Source of the DNA: an uncultured Acidimicrobiia bacterium
GTDB lineage: Bacteria > Acidobacteriota > Terriglobia > Versatilivoradales > Versatilivoraceae
NCBI GenBank assembly: GCA_963786955.1
Contig: CAWBAT010000003.1
Location: 160,001 to 224,000 of the forward strand
DNA: 64,000 bases
Reading direction: 5' to 3'
Shown piece by piece: positions 10,901-20,774 of the stretch (position 1 is the first letter of the stretch; the number at the start of each line of letters is the position of its first letter). A model generated the notes under the pieces. That model worked only from the letters and a program-made list of their open reading frames with translations, had not been told where the DNA came from and did no database searches. A program made the translations under genes and the position numbers.

Positions 10901-11148
10901 CCCAAGGCGAGCTGACGGGAATCAAGCCGAAGTCCTCCCATCTGCATTTTTTCGCCATGGCAGCTGTAACAAGACTTCTCAAAAATGGGCTGAATGTCTT
11001 TGACGAAGTCAACTTTAGCCGGAGTGGCTGCTGCCGGGGTTCCTTGAGCCCAGATTATTGCCACCCAACCCACCAGGGCAGCGAAAAATAAGGCAAATCT
11101 AGGTGCAGCCATTTTCCTGTATCTCGCTGATTTTATCTTCCCACTCAT
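7974..11148 (-). CDS. Planctomycete-type cytochrome c / DUF1549 / DUF1553 protein, split by one apparent frameshift near 9770
   Basis: N-terminal CYSCHG...GGLRLD domain; HWAF, NPIDFF, HYGERWGRSWLDAARYADSDG and CAQCH (DUF1549); PSHPELLDWLA, SATYRQSS and NTPLQALTMLN (DUF1553). Confidence 0.9.
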
Positions 11149-11704
11149 GATCGGTTATCAATCCTTAAGTATAATAGCTTCAAATTCATGAACGCTTATT
11201 CCATCCTAAACCAAAGACGAATTGGAATTCGTCAAGAGAAAAGCCTATCTATTCCTTCAAACCTACTATGATACATAAACTTAGTCCAAATTTCACCTCA
11301 AGACAAGGGAGTTTGTTTCTCCTTAACTTGTGATTTTGATGGTTAAAGGTAAAGTGCAGTTTATTGGCGCAGTTTAGATCTATTGCTTTCTTTTAGTGTT
11401 CTTACAGAGGATTTAGTCTATAAGATGCACACTTCGCTGATTTTTATGCTTCTGAGCAGTTAATCTTCTTGGACTCAAATCGGTGTTTCTTTAAAGCAAA
11501 TGGGGCCAAGTGGAATTTTACGCGACGCAAACTCTGCAAGCGATCTTGGTGAGTACATTTCCACGACGCCGTATCTTCATGAGCCCATACCGTTCTTTTG
11601 CATTCTTAAGAGGTGGCTCGATCACCTTTTGTTACCCAGATCCGGACCGTGACGAAGGCCGGGGGAACTAGAGACTTAATCTATTCAAATTTAAGGGGAA
11701 AATT

Positions 11705-12253
11705 ATGAAAAAAGTATTTTGGATTAGCTGCTTGGTGCTGCTGCTCGCGGTGCCGGTTAGCGCCCAGAGAGTGAAAGTAAAGACAGGGTATGATAAGCAA
11801 ATTGATTTCTCGAAGTACAAGACCTATAAGTTCGGACTGGGTTTGCCCGTAGCCAATATGACCGTCAACCAGCAAATCTTTGCCAACATGGAACAGTCAT
11901 TGACTGCCCTCGGCCTGACAAAGGTAGATGGATCCACGAAGGCGGATATCGAGGTGAGCTATTTTGGAGGTCTCGGCTCACCATTGACAATCCCCCCGCG
12001 AGCGGAATACGTTGCTCCAGCTTGGGTGGGATATTGGGCGCCAGTATACACAACAATGGTGGCCCAGACGTCTGCCGTAGTTACAGGTGAACTTCAGTTT
12101 GAAATTCGCGATCTCAGCACGAATCATCTGGTCTGGCAAACCTATGCATCACAGAACATCCTGGATTCCACTCTGACGAATCCCAAGAAGCTATCCGAAG
12201 TCGTGCACAATATGATTGAGAAGGTCTTCGACAAATATCCCAAAAATAAATGA
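11705..12253 (+). CDS. DUF4136-like exported protein
   Basis: Signal peptide, YDKQIDFSKYKTY, GELQFEIRDLSTNHLVWQ, C-terminal KYP. Confidence 0.75.
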   Translation: MKKVFWISCLVLLLAVPVSAQRVKVKTGYDKQIDFSKYKTYKFGLGLPVANMTVNQQIFANMEQSLTALGLTKVDGSTKADIEVSYFGGLGSPLTIPPRAEYVAPAWVGYWAPVYTTMVAQTSAVVTGELQFEIRDLSTNHLVWQTYASQNILDSTLTNPKKLSEVVHNMIEKVFDKYPKNK

Positions 12254-12310
12254 GTGTGGAGTTGCCTTAGAATGTGAAGACAAGCCAGCTTGGCCTGAGC
12301 AGGAACCACA

Positions 12311-12655
12311 ATGAGCGCTGACTTGGTAAGCGCCACTAAGGGCATCATCACTTTAAAGGTTTCGGGCAAGCTGACGCAACCCGAGTTGGACGCCGTCCAG
12401 GAAAAGGCACTAGCGGGGGCGTCCGCCAATTCGGGAAAATGCGCCTGCTTATACTCGCCGGGGATTTCCAGAGCTGAAAGCGGGGAGGCGACTAGGGAGA
12501 TCTGTCGTTTTTCGATGAGAGCGACGAATATCTGGAAAAGATCGCCATTGTCGGAGACAAGAAGTGGGGAAATTTGGTGCTGATCCTTATTGGTAAAGGC
12601 TTGCGGCGTTAGTACTTTCACCCTGAAGAAGCCGCCAATGCCCAAGCTGGGTTGA
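12311..12655 (+). pseudogene. Degraded STAS/SEC14 (SpoIIAA-like) domain gene
   Basis: IITLKVSGKLT, then in a shifted frame GKMRLLILAGDFQS*KRGGD*GDLSFF...LEKIAIVGDKKW. The TGA and TAG stops sit at likely Trp codons. Confidence 0.7.
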
Positions 12656-13044
12656 TGGAGAACTCGTCGCATCTCAACCGCTGCTTCATGCCCGCCAGTG
12701 TTACTCGACTACTTCGATCAGGCGCCGATCTCCTTTTACAGGAATCCGAGTACCAAGGTCGCGAATCCGGATTGACCAGAGCACGGGTGGCTGCCGCGCC
12801 GAGTTGGGCGCGGGCTGATCCGGTCTATCCCGCGACTTCACTGCGGACGCCATAGATATCGCAAACAATTGAGGACATCATCGGCAGTGGATCCATGACC
12901 CGAGCTGAAATTTCCTGTTTGGTACTATTTTGTAATCTGACTATTCAATTGCCGGATGTTACCGAAAAGGAGTGTACGGAAGTCGGTGTGGATTGAATTC
13001 CAGTCGCAGGGTTAGGCAGTGTGGTTTGCTAAAGAGAGTCAGAC

Positions 13045-13593
13045 TTGAAAAGCGCAATATCCTACCCAGATTGGGTCCTTGAAATTGTATCTCCCGGCGT
13101 TGTTCACAAGAGCCCGGAGGATTTGATGCGAATCTGCATCAGGATTGCGTTAGCCAATATCAAAAGGACGAAGGGAGGACCTTTTGGTGCAATTATGGCA
13201 ACGGACAAAGGGGAAGTTGTTTCCATCGGTTACAACCAGGTTGTCCCATGCAATGATTCCACCAGCCACGCCGAAATAGTAGCCCTTCGACATGCCGAGC
13301 AACTGTTTGGAACATTCTGCCTCAGAAGTCATGGACTACCTAAGCTCCGCCTTTTTACCAGCTGCGCTCCCTGCATCATGTGTACTGGCGCAATCCACTG
13401 GGCCGGAGTTCCTGAAGTAGTTGCGGGTGCCCGCCGTGAAGATGCAGAGGGTATTGGGTTCCTCGAGGGGCCCACGGATATGGATGTTCCGGGATTTATG
13501 AAAAAGAGAGAGATCACCTATCAATGCGACTTTTTGCGGGACGAAGTCCTCGAGGTGTTTAAACAATACAAGGGCTTGATTTACAATGGATAG
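13045..13593 (+). CDS. CDA-superfamily nucleoside/guanine deaminase
   Basis: GGPFGA, zinc motifs HAE and PCIMC; near a purine catabolic operon. Confidence 0.85.
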   Translation: MKSAISYPDWVLEIVSPGVVHKSPEDLMRICIRIALANIKRTKGGPFGAIMATDKGEVVSIGYNQVVPCNDSTSHAEIVALRHAEQLFGTFCLRSHGLPKLRLFTSCAPCIMCTGAIHWAGVPEVVAGARREDAEGIGFLEGPTDMDVPGFMKKREITYQCDFLRDEVLEVFKQYKGLIYNG

Positions 13594-13860
13594 TTAGATT
13601 TTGCTCCTTATCCATTTTCCGCGACCCGGATTCCACGAGAGTTTGCAAGGCGTCCAGCTTGTTCGACCAGCTGAGTCGAGGAATTTCCCAAAAGGGTCTG
13701 CGTCCATTGGAGACGGCTTCAGTCATTGCATTCCCGCAATGGTATCGAGAATTGGCCTCGCTTCGGTTGGTCTCTTATTGTTTGAATTGACTTGGCGCGA
13801 GGCGGCTTCGTCAGGTTCAGTGGGACTCATGCCGGATGTTTTGGTTAAGTACGGGACAAG

Positions 13861-16611
13861 ATGAAGGGAAAACCAGAAATCGAGAGACAAGGGGTTGGCC
13901 CTGGTCGATTGATCAGACCCGGTAACCCTTTTTCTGAATTCCGACGCGAGGACATCGAACAGTCCATTCCAGCGCGATTCTCCCAGCGGGTCGCTCTTGC
14001 TCCAGATGCAATTGCCGTCAGCACGGAAGGTGGCTCACTCACTTATTCCGAGCTTGACCGGTTGAGCAATCGGATTGCACATAGCATCTTAGAGTTCTCT
14101 GGGGTGGGGGCGGAGCCCGTGCCCTTCCTTCTCGATCAGGGAGCCACGGCGGTTGCGGCTATCCTCGGAGTGTTGAAAGCCGGCAAGTTTTACGTGCCCC
14201 TAGAACCTTCTCACCCACCATCAAGAATCGCGGCCGTGCTTGTGGATGCTGGTGCGAGACTTATTATCACGGCAGGTGAACACCGCCGTTTGGCGGAGCA
14301 ACTGGGTGGGCAGTTGAAGGTCGTTGACCTCGATAGTCTCGACGTTGGATTCCCATCCGATTCACCAGCGGTTTCGCTCGGTCCTGATCACTTGGCTTAC
14401 CTTTTTTACACTTCGGGTTCCACCGGCAAACCGAAGGGCGTCTTCGACAACCATCGGAACGTCTTGCACAATGTCCTGCGATACACCAACACACTTCACA
14501 TCGCTTCCACGGATCGGTTGAGCCTTCTACAATCGTGTAGTTTTAGCGGCACGGTATCGAGCCTCTTCAGTGCTCTCCTGAACGGAGGCTCAGTCTGCCC
14601 TCTCAACATTCAGGGCGCAGGGCCATCGGAGCTAGCCAATTGGATCAATCATCTGGAAATTACGATATATCATTCTGTTCCTGCCCTGTTCCGAAGTTTT
14701 CTCGAAGGCGACCGGTATTTTCCGACCGTGAGGCTCATCCGCCTGGAAGGCGATCAGGCCGCGAAGATGGATTTCGAACTCTTTCGGAGACATTTTTCGC
14801 CTGCCTGTATCCTGGTCAACGGGCTCGGAACAACGGAGACTGGAATTGCCAGCCAGTTCTTTATGGACCGAGAAAGCATTGTAGAGAGTGCGCACCTTCC
14901 GATAGGTTTTCCGACTCCCGATGTGAAGCTCTTGCTGTTGGATCATGACGGCCAGCCAATAGCGAATGGCCACGTCGGCGAGATCGGGGTCCAGAGCGAT
15001 TTTCTCGCCCTCGGATATTGGCAAAATCCCGAACTGACCCAGACTGCCTTCGCGTCGTCATCTCTACCGGACAGTCAGCGTCTTTACAGGACCGGCGATC
15101 GGGCCCGGCTCGGCTCCGACGGTTGCTTCGAGTACTTAGGGCGTGAAGATTTCAGGATCAAGATCCTCGGTCAGACGGTTGAAGCCGCCGAGGTGGAATC
15201 AGCACTCACCGGGCTCTCGGCAGTCAAGGACGCTCTTGTGGTAGCCCGCGAAGATCCCCGGGGGGAACGTCAGCTTGTCGCATACATTATCCCGGCTTTG
15301 GCCGTTCGACCCACTGTGACACAAATTCGCCGCATGCTCCTTGGCTTGCTTCCCAGCTTTATGGTTCCCTCACACTATATCTTTCTCGAGGAATTTCCTC
15401 TTAGCTCAAACAAAAAAGTAGACCGTCGGAAGTTGCCCGAACCCGGCTGGTCAACCGTCCTTGCGGATCGGCCGCCCATCGCACCCCGTTCTCTACTTGA
15501 GACTCAACTCGTCCAAATTTGGGAAGAGATTCTGGGCGTCGGTCCCATTGGCCTGACTGACGACTTTTTCGAAATAGGCGGACACTCGTTGCTTGCGGCT
15601 CGGATGCTGGAATCCATCGAGACGATGTTTGGGAAGAGGATTCCACCCTCTTTTCTGCTTGGCGGTGCAACCGTCGATCGCTTGACTCACGCTCTCACGA
15701 GCGACTCAGTCGATCTTCGTTTGCCTTTCGTTGAGATCCGTCGAGGCCGAATTAGCCCGCCATTCTTCTTTTTGCACGGAGACTATAATAGTGGGGGGTT
15801 TTACTGTCTTAACTTATCCCGGTTTTTGAATGCCGACGAGACTTTCTACGCCCTTCCTCCTCAGCATACTGACCTCCCGACGTTTCCGCGGACATTTGAG
15901 GCGATGTCGAATGCATATGTTGACACGTTGCAACGGCTCCAACCACAGGGGCCGTATTTCCTGGGTGGTGTCTGTAACGGCGGTCACGTCGCGTTCGAGA
16001 TGGCGCGGTCGCTCGAAGCAAGAGGCCAACAGGTTGCGTTGCTGGTGATTATCCGGGCCACGGCTACAAACGTCCGACACGTTGGCGCATGGCGGCTGTT
16101 GAAGTCATTAGGGATTCTCTTGGATCGGGACAACGAATGGCAGAGAGAATGGTTTCAACGCTGGCGATGGTTCGTCCAAAACCTTGAGAACTGCCCAAAG
16201 AAGGCGCGCCCCGCATTCGTGCTAGAAAAGCTCAGAAGACTTGCCGAGCGGTTGAGTTCGAGCCTCTCACAAAGCTCGAACTCAAAGTTTGCACTTTCCC
16301 GGGACGCACTGCCAGAGCCTGCCAGCACGGAGGCTTCTCTCACCTCTAGCTTATCCGAGCCCTATCGCTACCTCGAGGAGACCTTTGTTCCGAGAAATTA
16401 CTCAGGACGGATCACGCTTTTCTGGCCGACGGATGATGAGGAGAGCCCCCAGGATGCGGCCTCCCGCTGGAGCAAAGTTGCTCGGGACGTTGAACTCCAT
16501 GTCCTCCCCGGCGATCACCTCACGTGCCTCACGAAACATGCATCTGTGCTGTCTCGGGAGCTGCAAACTTGCCTATCGAAAGCGAGGCACAGTTTGATTG
16601 CCGCGAAGTGA
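13861..16611 (+). CDS. Stand-alone NRPS-like enzyme, adenylation - carrier - thioesterase (A-T-TE)
   Basis: A domain: LKAGKFYVPL, YTSGSTGKPKG, YRTGD, GREDFRIKILG, NKKVDR. Carrier: DDFFEIGGHSLLA. TE: GPYFLGGVCNGG and GDH. Confidence 0.9.
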   Translation: MKGKPEIERQGVGPGRLIRPGNPFSEFRREDIEQSIPARFSQRVALAPDAIAVSTEGGSLTYSELDRLSNRIAHSILEFSGVGAEPVPFLLDQGATAVAAILGVLKAGKFYVPLEPSHPPSRIAAVLVDAGARLIITAGEHRRLAEQLGGQLKVVDLDSLDVGFPSDSPAVSLGPDHLAYLFYTSGSTGKPKGVFDNHRNVLHNVLRYTNTLHIASTDRLSLLQSCSFSGTVSSLFSALLNGGSVCPLNIQGAGPSELANWINHLEITIYHSVPALFRSFLEGDRYFPTVRLIRLEGDQAAKMDFELFRRHFSPACILVNGLGTTETGIASQFFMDRESIVESAHLPIGFPTPDVKLLLLDHDGQPIANGHVGEIGVQSDFLALGYWQNPELTQTAFASSSLPDSQRLYRTGDRARLGSDGCFEYLGREDFRIKILGQTVEAAEVESALTGLSAVKDALVVAREDPRGERQLVAYIIPALAVRPTVTQIRRMLLGLLPSFMVPSHYIFLEEFPLSSNKKVDRRKLPEPGWSTVLADRPPIAPRSLLETQLVQIWEEILGVGPIGLTDDFFEIGGHSLLAARMLESIETMFGKRIPPSFLLGGATVDRLTHALTSDSVDLRLPFVEIRRGRISPPFFFLHGDYNSGGFYCLNLSRFLNADETFYALPPQHTDLPTFPRTFEAMSNAYVDTLQRLQPQGPYFLGGVCNGGHVAFEMARSLEARGQQVALLVIIRATATNVRHVGAWRLLKSLGILLDRDNEWQREWFQRWRWFVQNLENCPKKARPAFVLEKLRRLAERLSSSLSQSSNSKFALSRDALPEPASTEASLTSSLSEPYRYLEETFVPRNYSGRITLFWPTDDEESPQDAASRWSKVARDVELHVLPGDHLTCLTKHASVLSRELQTCLSKARHSLIAAK

Positions 16612-16637
16612 ACTGAGCTTTGTATCATTCCGCGTTG

Positions 16638-16728
16638 AACCGGCAAGAATTCTCCCCACAAATGGCGGTGGGCGGAGATGGGTACACAGTGCGGCAATTT
16701 AACTGGCCCGATTCCTCCCCACGGTGGC
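16638..16728. repeat. Two imperfect ~28-bp direct repeats resembling IS21-family terminal sub-repeats
   Basis: aaccggcaagaattctccccacaaatggc (16638-16666) and aactggcccgattcctccccacggtggc (16701-16728). Confidence 0.35.
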
Positions 16729-16731
16729 CTA

Positions 16732-17577
16732 TCAACCCCTCTTCAAACGCGCCTCGATGAGTCCGGATGGTGTCTCCGTCGGCACAAAGATTTCCCCATC
16801 GTTTTCGAGACCGAACGGCGAAAGATCGATGAGTAGACAGTGACGATTTGGAAGGGAGAGCAGGATCTCGCCGATTGCGTCGTTCTGTTCCAGAACAGCA
16901 CTACCGAGGACATGAAGCGTTTGCTGAAGCGAGGCGCTCTGGTGGGTTGCAAATCGCTCGAGCAACAGAACTCGTGCCTGCTGCCAGCAACTGTCAAAGT
17001 CGATCTCGGTATTGAGGTATGACCAGAGGGCATGAATCTCCGTGGACAGAATTCGGCTGCTCGCATCCTCGAGCGTCGTGTAGTCGTCGCGGAGAAAGCC
17101 TTCGAAGCGAGAATCGCTGGTCTTGAGGACCGCCAGGCCTTCAATCCCCGAGGCGATACTGACCTGTTCTCGGGTACCGCTCACCCTGGCCAGGCGCCGC
17201 TCTCCAGCTTTCCTGTAGAAGGCAGTCCCATGAGACTCCCCTGCCGCTTCGATGCGTTCCCAAAGCACTCCTGAGAAGTTGATTGTTAGTTGCATTATTT
17301 GCTGGTGGTCGTCGAGGAACTGGCGCAGGAGTCTCAAACCGAACTGTTCCATGCTCTCGCCCCCATGACCGCGAGCCATAGCATAGATCCTGTTCCGCAT
17401 ACTGTCCGTCGGGAGAACTTTCCTGTTGTCTCCATGGGTGTATGTGTCCTCGAAGTCGCCACTCGCGCTGACGTCTACTGACCAGTCGTCCAGTTCGTGG
17501 CGGTCGGGAAAGCGCTTCACTCGGAGAAGTCGAACGCCGGTCTTGCCGTAATTATTATCGACGAGAACTGCAACCAT
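16732..17577 (-). CDS. pucL: Urate oxidase (cofactor-independent uricase)
   Basis: YGK, PTDSMRN, VLKTSDSRFEGF..DDYTTL, SLQQTL and LPNRH uricase motifs. Confidence 0.92.
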   Translation of the reverse strand: MVAVLVDNNYGKTGVRLLRVKRFPDRHELDDWSVDVSASGDFEDTYTHGDNRKVLPTDSMRNRIYAMARGHGGESMEQFGLRLLRQFLDDHQQIMQLTINFSGVLWERIEAAGESHGTAFYRKAGERRLARVSGTREQVSIASGIEGLAVLKTSDSRFEGFLRDDYTTLEDASSRILSTEIHALWSYLNTEIDFDSCWQQARVLLLERFATHQSASLQQTLHVLGSAVLEQNDAIGEILLSLPNRHCLLIDLSPFGLENDGEIFVPTETPSGLIEARLKRG

Positions 17578-17580
17578 CTG

Positions 17581-17925
17581 TCACCTCCCGCGGTAAGTTG
17601 AGTATCCGTAAGGACTCAAAAGAAGGGGAATGTGGTAGTGCTCGATTGGGTCTTCAATATGGAACGTGACCGTAACTTCAGTATAGAAACTTGCTGTGCC
17701 GAGAGAACGGAAATATTCGGCCGTTTCGAAGGTAAGACGATAGGTTCCCGTCGTGAGAACCTGTTGCACGTCGAGTAGATCAGGGATGCGACCATCCCCA
17801 TCCGTGATTCTGCTGGCCAACAACTCCCATTGATTTGCGGAGGAGAGATGATGCAGCCATACCGCGATGCCGCTCGCGGGCTGACCGCGCATGGTATCCA
17901 GAACATGGATCGTGATTGCGCTCAT
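17581..17925 (-). CDS. uraH: 5-hydroxyisourate hydrolase (transthyretin-like)
   Basis: ITIHVLDT, DGR, HYHIPLLLSPYGYSTYRG. Confidence 0.92.
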   Translation of the reverse strand: MSAITIHVLDTMRGQPASGIAVWLHHLSSANQWELLASRITDGDGRIPDLLDVQQVLTTGTYRLTFETAEYFRSLGTASFYTEVTVTFHIEDPIEHYHIPLLLSPYGYSTYRGR

Positions 17926-18440
17926 ATTTCTAAAAGGAGCTTTCGCAGTCTGAGCTGTGTGATCTTGCTTTGCTCTTCGGCTGCAGTTTGGAGCTCCCCC
18001 TCCTTATCTTTCTTCAGCCGCTCGATCAGCAGCTGCAAAATCTCTTGGTAGCTTTTCCCGGTCGCACAGATGACGAATGGGAATCCAAATTTATCCAGGT
18101 AGGCTCGGTTGAGCTCTCCGAGGGCATCCAAGGCTCGTTGAGTCGCAACCTGAACGCCTGATTGTTCCTCGGTCGACCATTGTTTTGTGTCTTTCGGTTG
18201 TGAGGAAGCTGATGAGGTTTCGCCGATCTTCGGATGAGCCCACAGAGCTTCCTGCCAATCGTCTGGCCCGAGATACGACCAGACTTGGTCTGCTGCGTCG
18301 AAAAGCTCCTGGACAGATCGAAACGGGCGTTTCTTTAACATTTGCCGCGCCCATTGAGTCGAACTGCAGCATCTCATGAATTCGCGTTCCACGCTTCGAT
18401 CATCAGCCGTATTGAGTCGAAGAAGTCCTGGCTTCAGCAT
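17922..18440 (-). CDS. uraD: OHCU decarboxylase
   Basis: CCSS..W, RPF, AHPKIG, EQSG, YLDKFGFPFVICATG, KITQLRL; overlaps the uraH start. Confidence 0.92.
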   Translation of the reverse strand: MLKPGLLRLNTADDRSVEREFMRCCSSTQWARQMLKKRPFRSVQELFDAADQVWSYLGPDDWQEALWAHPKIGETSSASSQPKDTKQWSTEEQSGVQVATQRALDALGELNRAYLDKFGFPFVICATGKSYQEILQLLIERLKKDKEGELQTAAEEQSKITQLRLRKLLLEI

Positions 18441-18478
18441 AGCCGCATCAACCTGTGCCGTCTTCTAGTAGGGTCGAG

Positions 18479-19909
18479 CTAGTGTGCATTACTGGGTGAA
18501 ACGCATGACTTTGACCCTCGCAGGAGCAAAACTCCGGTCGGTTCTGCAGAAAACCCTGTTCCATCGAAGATTTGCTTGCCGCGCAGATACGTGGCTCGTA
18601 CGATACCCTTCAGCCGGTACCCAACGTAAGGTGTCACGTTGTGTCTATGATGAATTCGAGACTGCGGGGCCGGTTTCTCCTCCGGAGCCTCGATTCTGCC
18701 GTTTGCCGTCACGCGGAATTCTGCCTCTGGATCGAAAACCACGAGATCGGCATCAAACCCTACTTCTATCGCTCCTTTGCGACTGCCAAGCCCGGCGAGC
18801 CGGGCAGGCGCTCCTGCCATCCACGTTGCTAGCCGGTGGAGCGGCAGTCCACGCTCGCTCGCCGCGGTCCACACTACAGAGAGACTAACCTGGAGCGACG
18901 AGATACCTCCCCAGGCCTCGAAGAAATTACCAGACTCAAGTCGCTTCAACGTCTCAGGGCAAGGCGAATGGTCCGAGGCAAGGACGTCGATGAGTTCTTC
19001 GTCGACAGCCTGCCATAGTTTTTCCCGGTTTTCACCATTCCGAATGGGCGGGGCACATTTGAACTGGGTAGCACCCGCGGCAACGTTCTCCGCGGAGAAA
19101 AAGAGATAATGGGGACAGGTCTCGACCGTGACCTGGAGCCCTTCTGCCTTGGCCTCCCGTAGCTGCTCGAGGACAGAGGCGGATGAAAGGTGAACAATGT
19201 GCACCGGGCAGCCTGTTTCACGACACAAGCGGATGAGGAGCGCTACGGCCTTGTCTTCCATCTCCGGCGGTCGCGATTGCAGATATACGGAGTACTGCCG
19301 TTCCATGCTGGGCTGGAGGTTTGGGACTTTGTTATTGGCCTGAGGGAGCTCTGCGTGTGCCAGGAGCACAGCCCCTAATGATGACAGCTCCGCCATGGCT
19401 GGCCTGAGTTCGACCTCTGTCACACAGGGGAACTCATCGACACCTGAAGGGATAAGGAAACACTTGAATCCCAACACTCCTTGCTCATGGAGGGGGCGCA
19501 GCTCCAAAATGTTTCCAGGAACCAGGCCACCCCAGAAACCGACGTCGATCCAGCACTGACCGCCCGCCGCGTCGATTTTCATTTGCAGTCCCTTGCCATC
19601 GGTGACGGGGGGGATGCTGTTCAAAGGCATGTCGACGATTGTGGTCACTCCGCCCGCTGCGGCCGCTCGGGTCGCGGTTTGGAACCCCTCCCACTCTGTG
19701 CGTCCTGGTTCGTTCACGTGGACATGGGTGTCGACAAGGCCCGGCAGGACAACTGAGTTCCCGACGTCGACGCAGGGCCCATCCGCCGGCGTCTCATGGT
19801 GAGCAGTCAATGCGGCGATAACGCCGTTTCTTACGTGAATGCATGCCGGTGCCACTCCCCCTCGGCATACCACGCGAGTGCTTCGAATCAGGAGATCAGG
19901 TGGAAGCAT
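18479..19909 (-). CDS. allB: Allantoinase
   Basis: PGLVDTHVHVNEPGRTEWEGF, DMPLNS, HAE, ETCPHYL, KCAPPIR, SDHSP, WGGISSLQ. Confidence 0.93.
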   Translation of the reverse strand: MLPPDLLIRSTRVVCRGGVAPACIHVRNGVIAALTAHHETPADGPCVDVGNSVVLPGLVDTHVHVNEPGRTEWEGFQTATRAAAAGGVTTIVDMPLNSIPPVTDGKGLQMKIDAAGGQCWIDVGFWGGLVPGNILELRPLHEQGVLGFKCFLIPSGVDEFPCVTEVELRPAMAELSSLGAVLLAHAELPQANNKVPNLQPSMERQYSVYLQSRPPEMEDKAVALLIRLCRETGCPVHIVHLSSASVLEQLREAKAEGLQVTVETCPHYLFFSAENVAAGATQFKCAPPIRNGENREKLWQAVDEELIDVLASDHSPCPETLKRLESGNFFEAWGGISSLQVSLSVVWTAASERGLPLHRLATWMAGAPARLAGLGSRKGAIEVGFDADLVVFDPEAEFRVTANGRIEAPEEKPAPQSRIHHRHNVTPYVGYRLKGIVRATYLRGKQIFDGTGFSAEPTGVLLLRGSKSCVSPSNAH

Positions 19910-20774
19910 ATTTCGATCTCACCTTGCGCAGAAATGATTCCAAGAGGTTTCCCAGGACTTGCCGGCGATACCGGGCGGTCGAGCGGAGGTCGTCGATGCA
20001 AGAGACTTCGTTGAGTAGCAAGTCCTGCGCTCCCTTGAAGTCACCGATAGCTCCTGTGCCATCCTTCAAGAACGCTTCGGTTTTTAGACAACGAATAGCG
20101 GTCGGCGCGACGCTACCAACGGCGATGCGGATATCCCGAATGCCCTTGCCTTCAAACTCCGCAAGCCCAGCGAAGGTGACTTTGGATATTGCCCGCCCGT
20201 TGGAAGCAGCCACCTTGCGATAGAATGCGATACAGTCCCTCTTCAACCGCGGGAGGCGAATCCCTCGCAGGAGTTCTCCTGGGTTCAGCGCTACGCGACG
20301 GTATCCCTTGAAAAAAGCCCCGCAGGGAACCCAGCGGGCGCCTTGTGCCGATACGAGCTCCAGTTCCGCCTCATAGACCATGAGTGCTGGCGGAGAGTCC
20401 GCCGCGGGTGACGCATTCACTAGATTTCCGCCTAGAGTTCCGCGGTTCTGGATGGAAAGGCCACCAGTCAAGCTTCCTGCCACACACAAAACCGGGAACT
20501 CTTGCCGAAGCGTTGTGTCTGCCTCTATCTCCGTAAACGTGGTCGTCGCACCAAGATCAACTGCGTCTGCAGTCACGATGACCCCTCTCAGTTCGGATAG
20601 ATGATGGAGGCTCAGCAGTTTTCGGTGTGACAGCGCTCCAGCGTTGAAGAGAACCATCAAATCTGTGCCCCCTGCCATGGGTTTCCAGGCGTCTGGGTCG
20701 CTGGCGAGCAGGTTCAGTGTCTCTCCGAGGTCGCGAGGGGCCCTGAGCTCGTATCCGGGGACGTAGGCTCTCAT
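19896..20774 (-). CDS. Xanthine dehydrogenase family FAD-binding subunit
   Basis: AGGTDL, IQNRGTLGGNLVNASPAAD, IDDLRSTARYR. Confidence 0.9.
   Translation of the reverse strand: MRAYVPGYELRAPRDLGETLNLLASDPDAWKPMAGGTDLMVLFNAGALSHRKLLSLHHLSELRGVIVTADAVDLGATTTFTEIEADTTLRQEFPVLCVAGSLTGGLSIQNRGTLGGNLVNASPAADSPPALMVYEAELELVSAQGARWVPCGAFFKGYRRVALNPGELLRGIRLPRLKRDCIAFYRKVAASNGRAISKVTFAGLAEFEGKGIRDIRIAVGSVAPTAIRCLKTEAFLKDGTGAIGDFKGAQDLLLNEVSCIDDLRSTARYRRQVLGNLLESFLRKVRSKYAST

Noticed and set aside
11150-11700. AT-rich 550-bp intergenic region as a possible ncRNA or origin
   Set aside because: No repeats, DnaA-box cluster or clear stable structure seen; consistent with a divergent promoter region.
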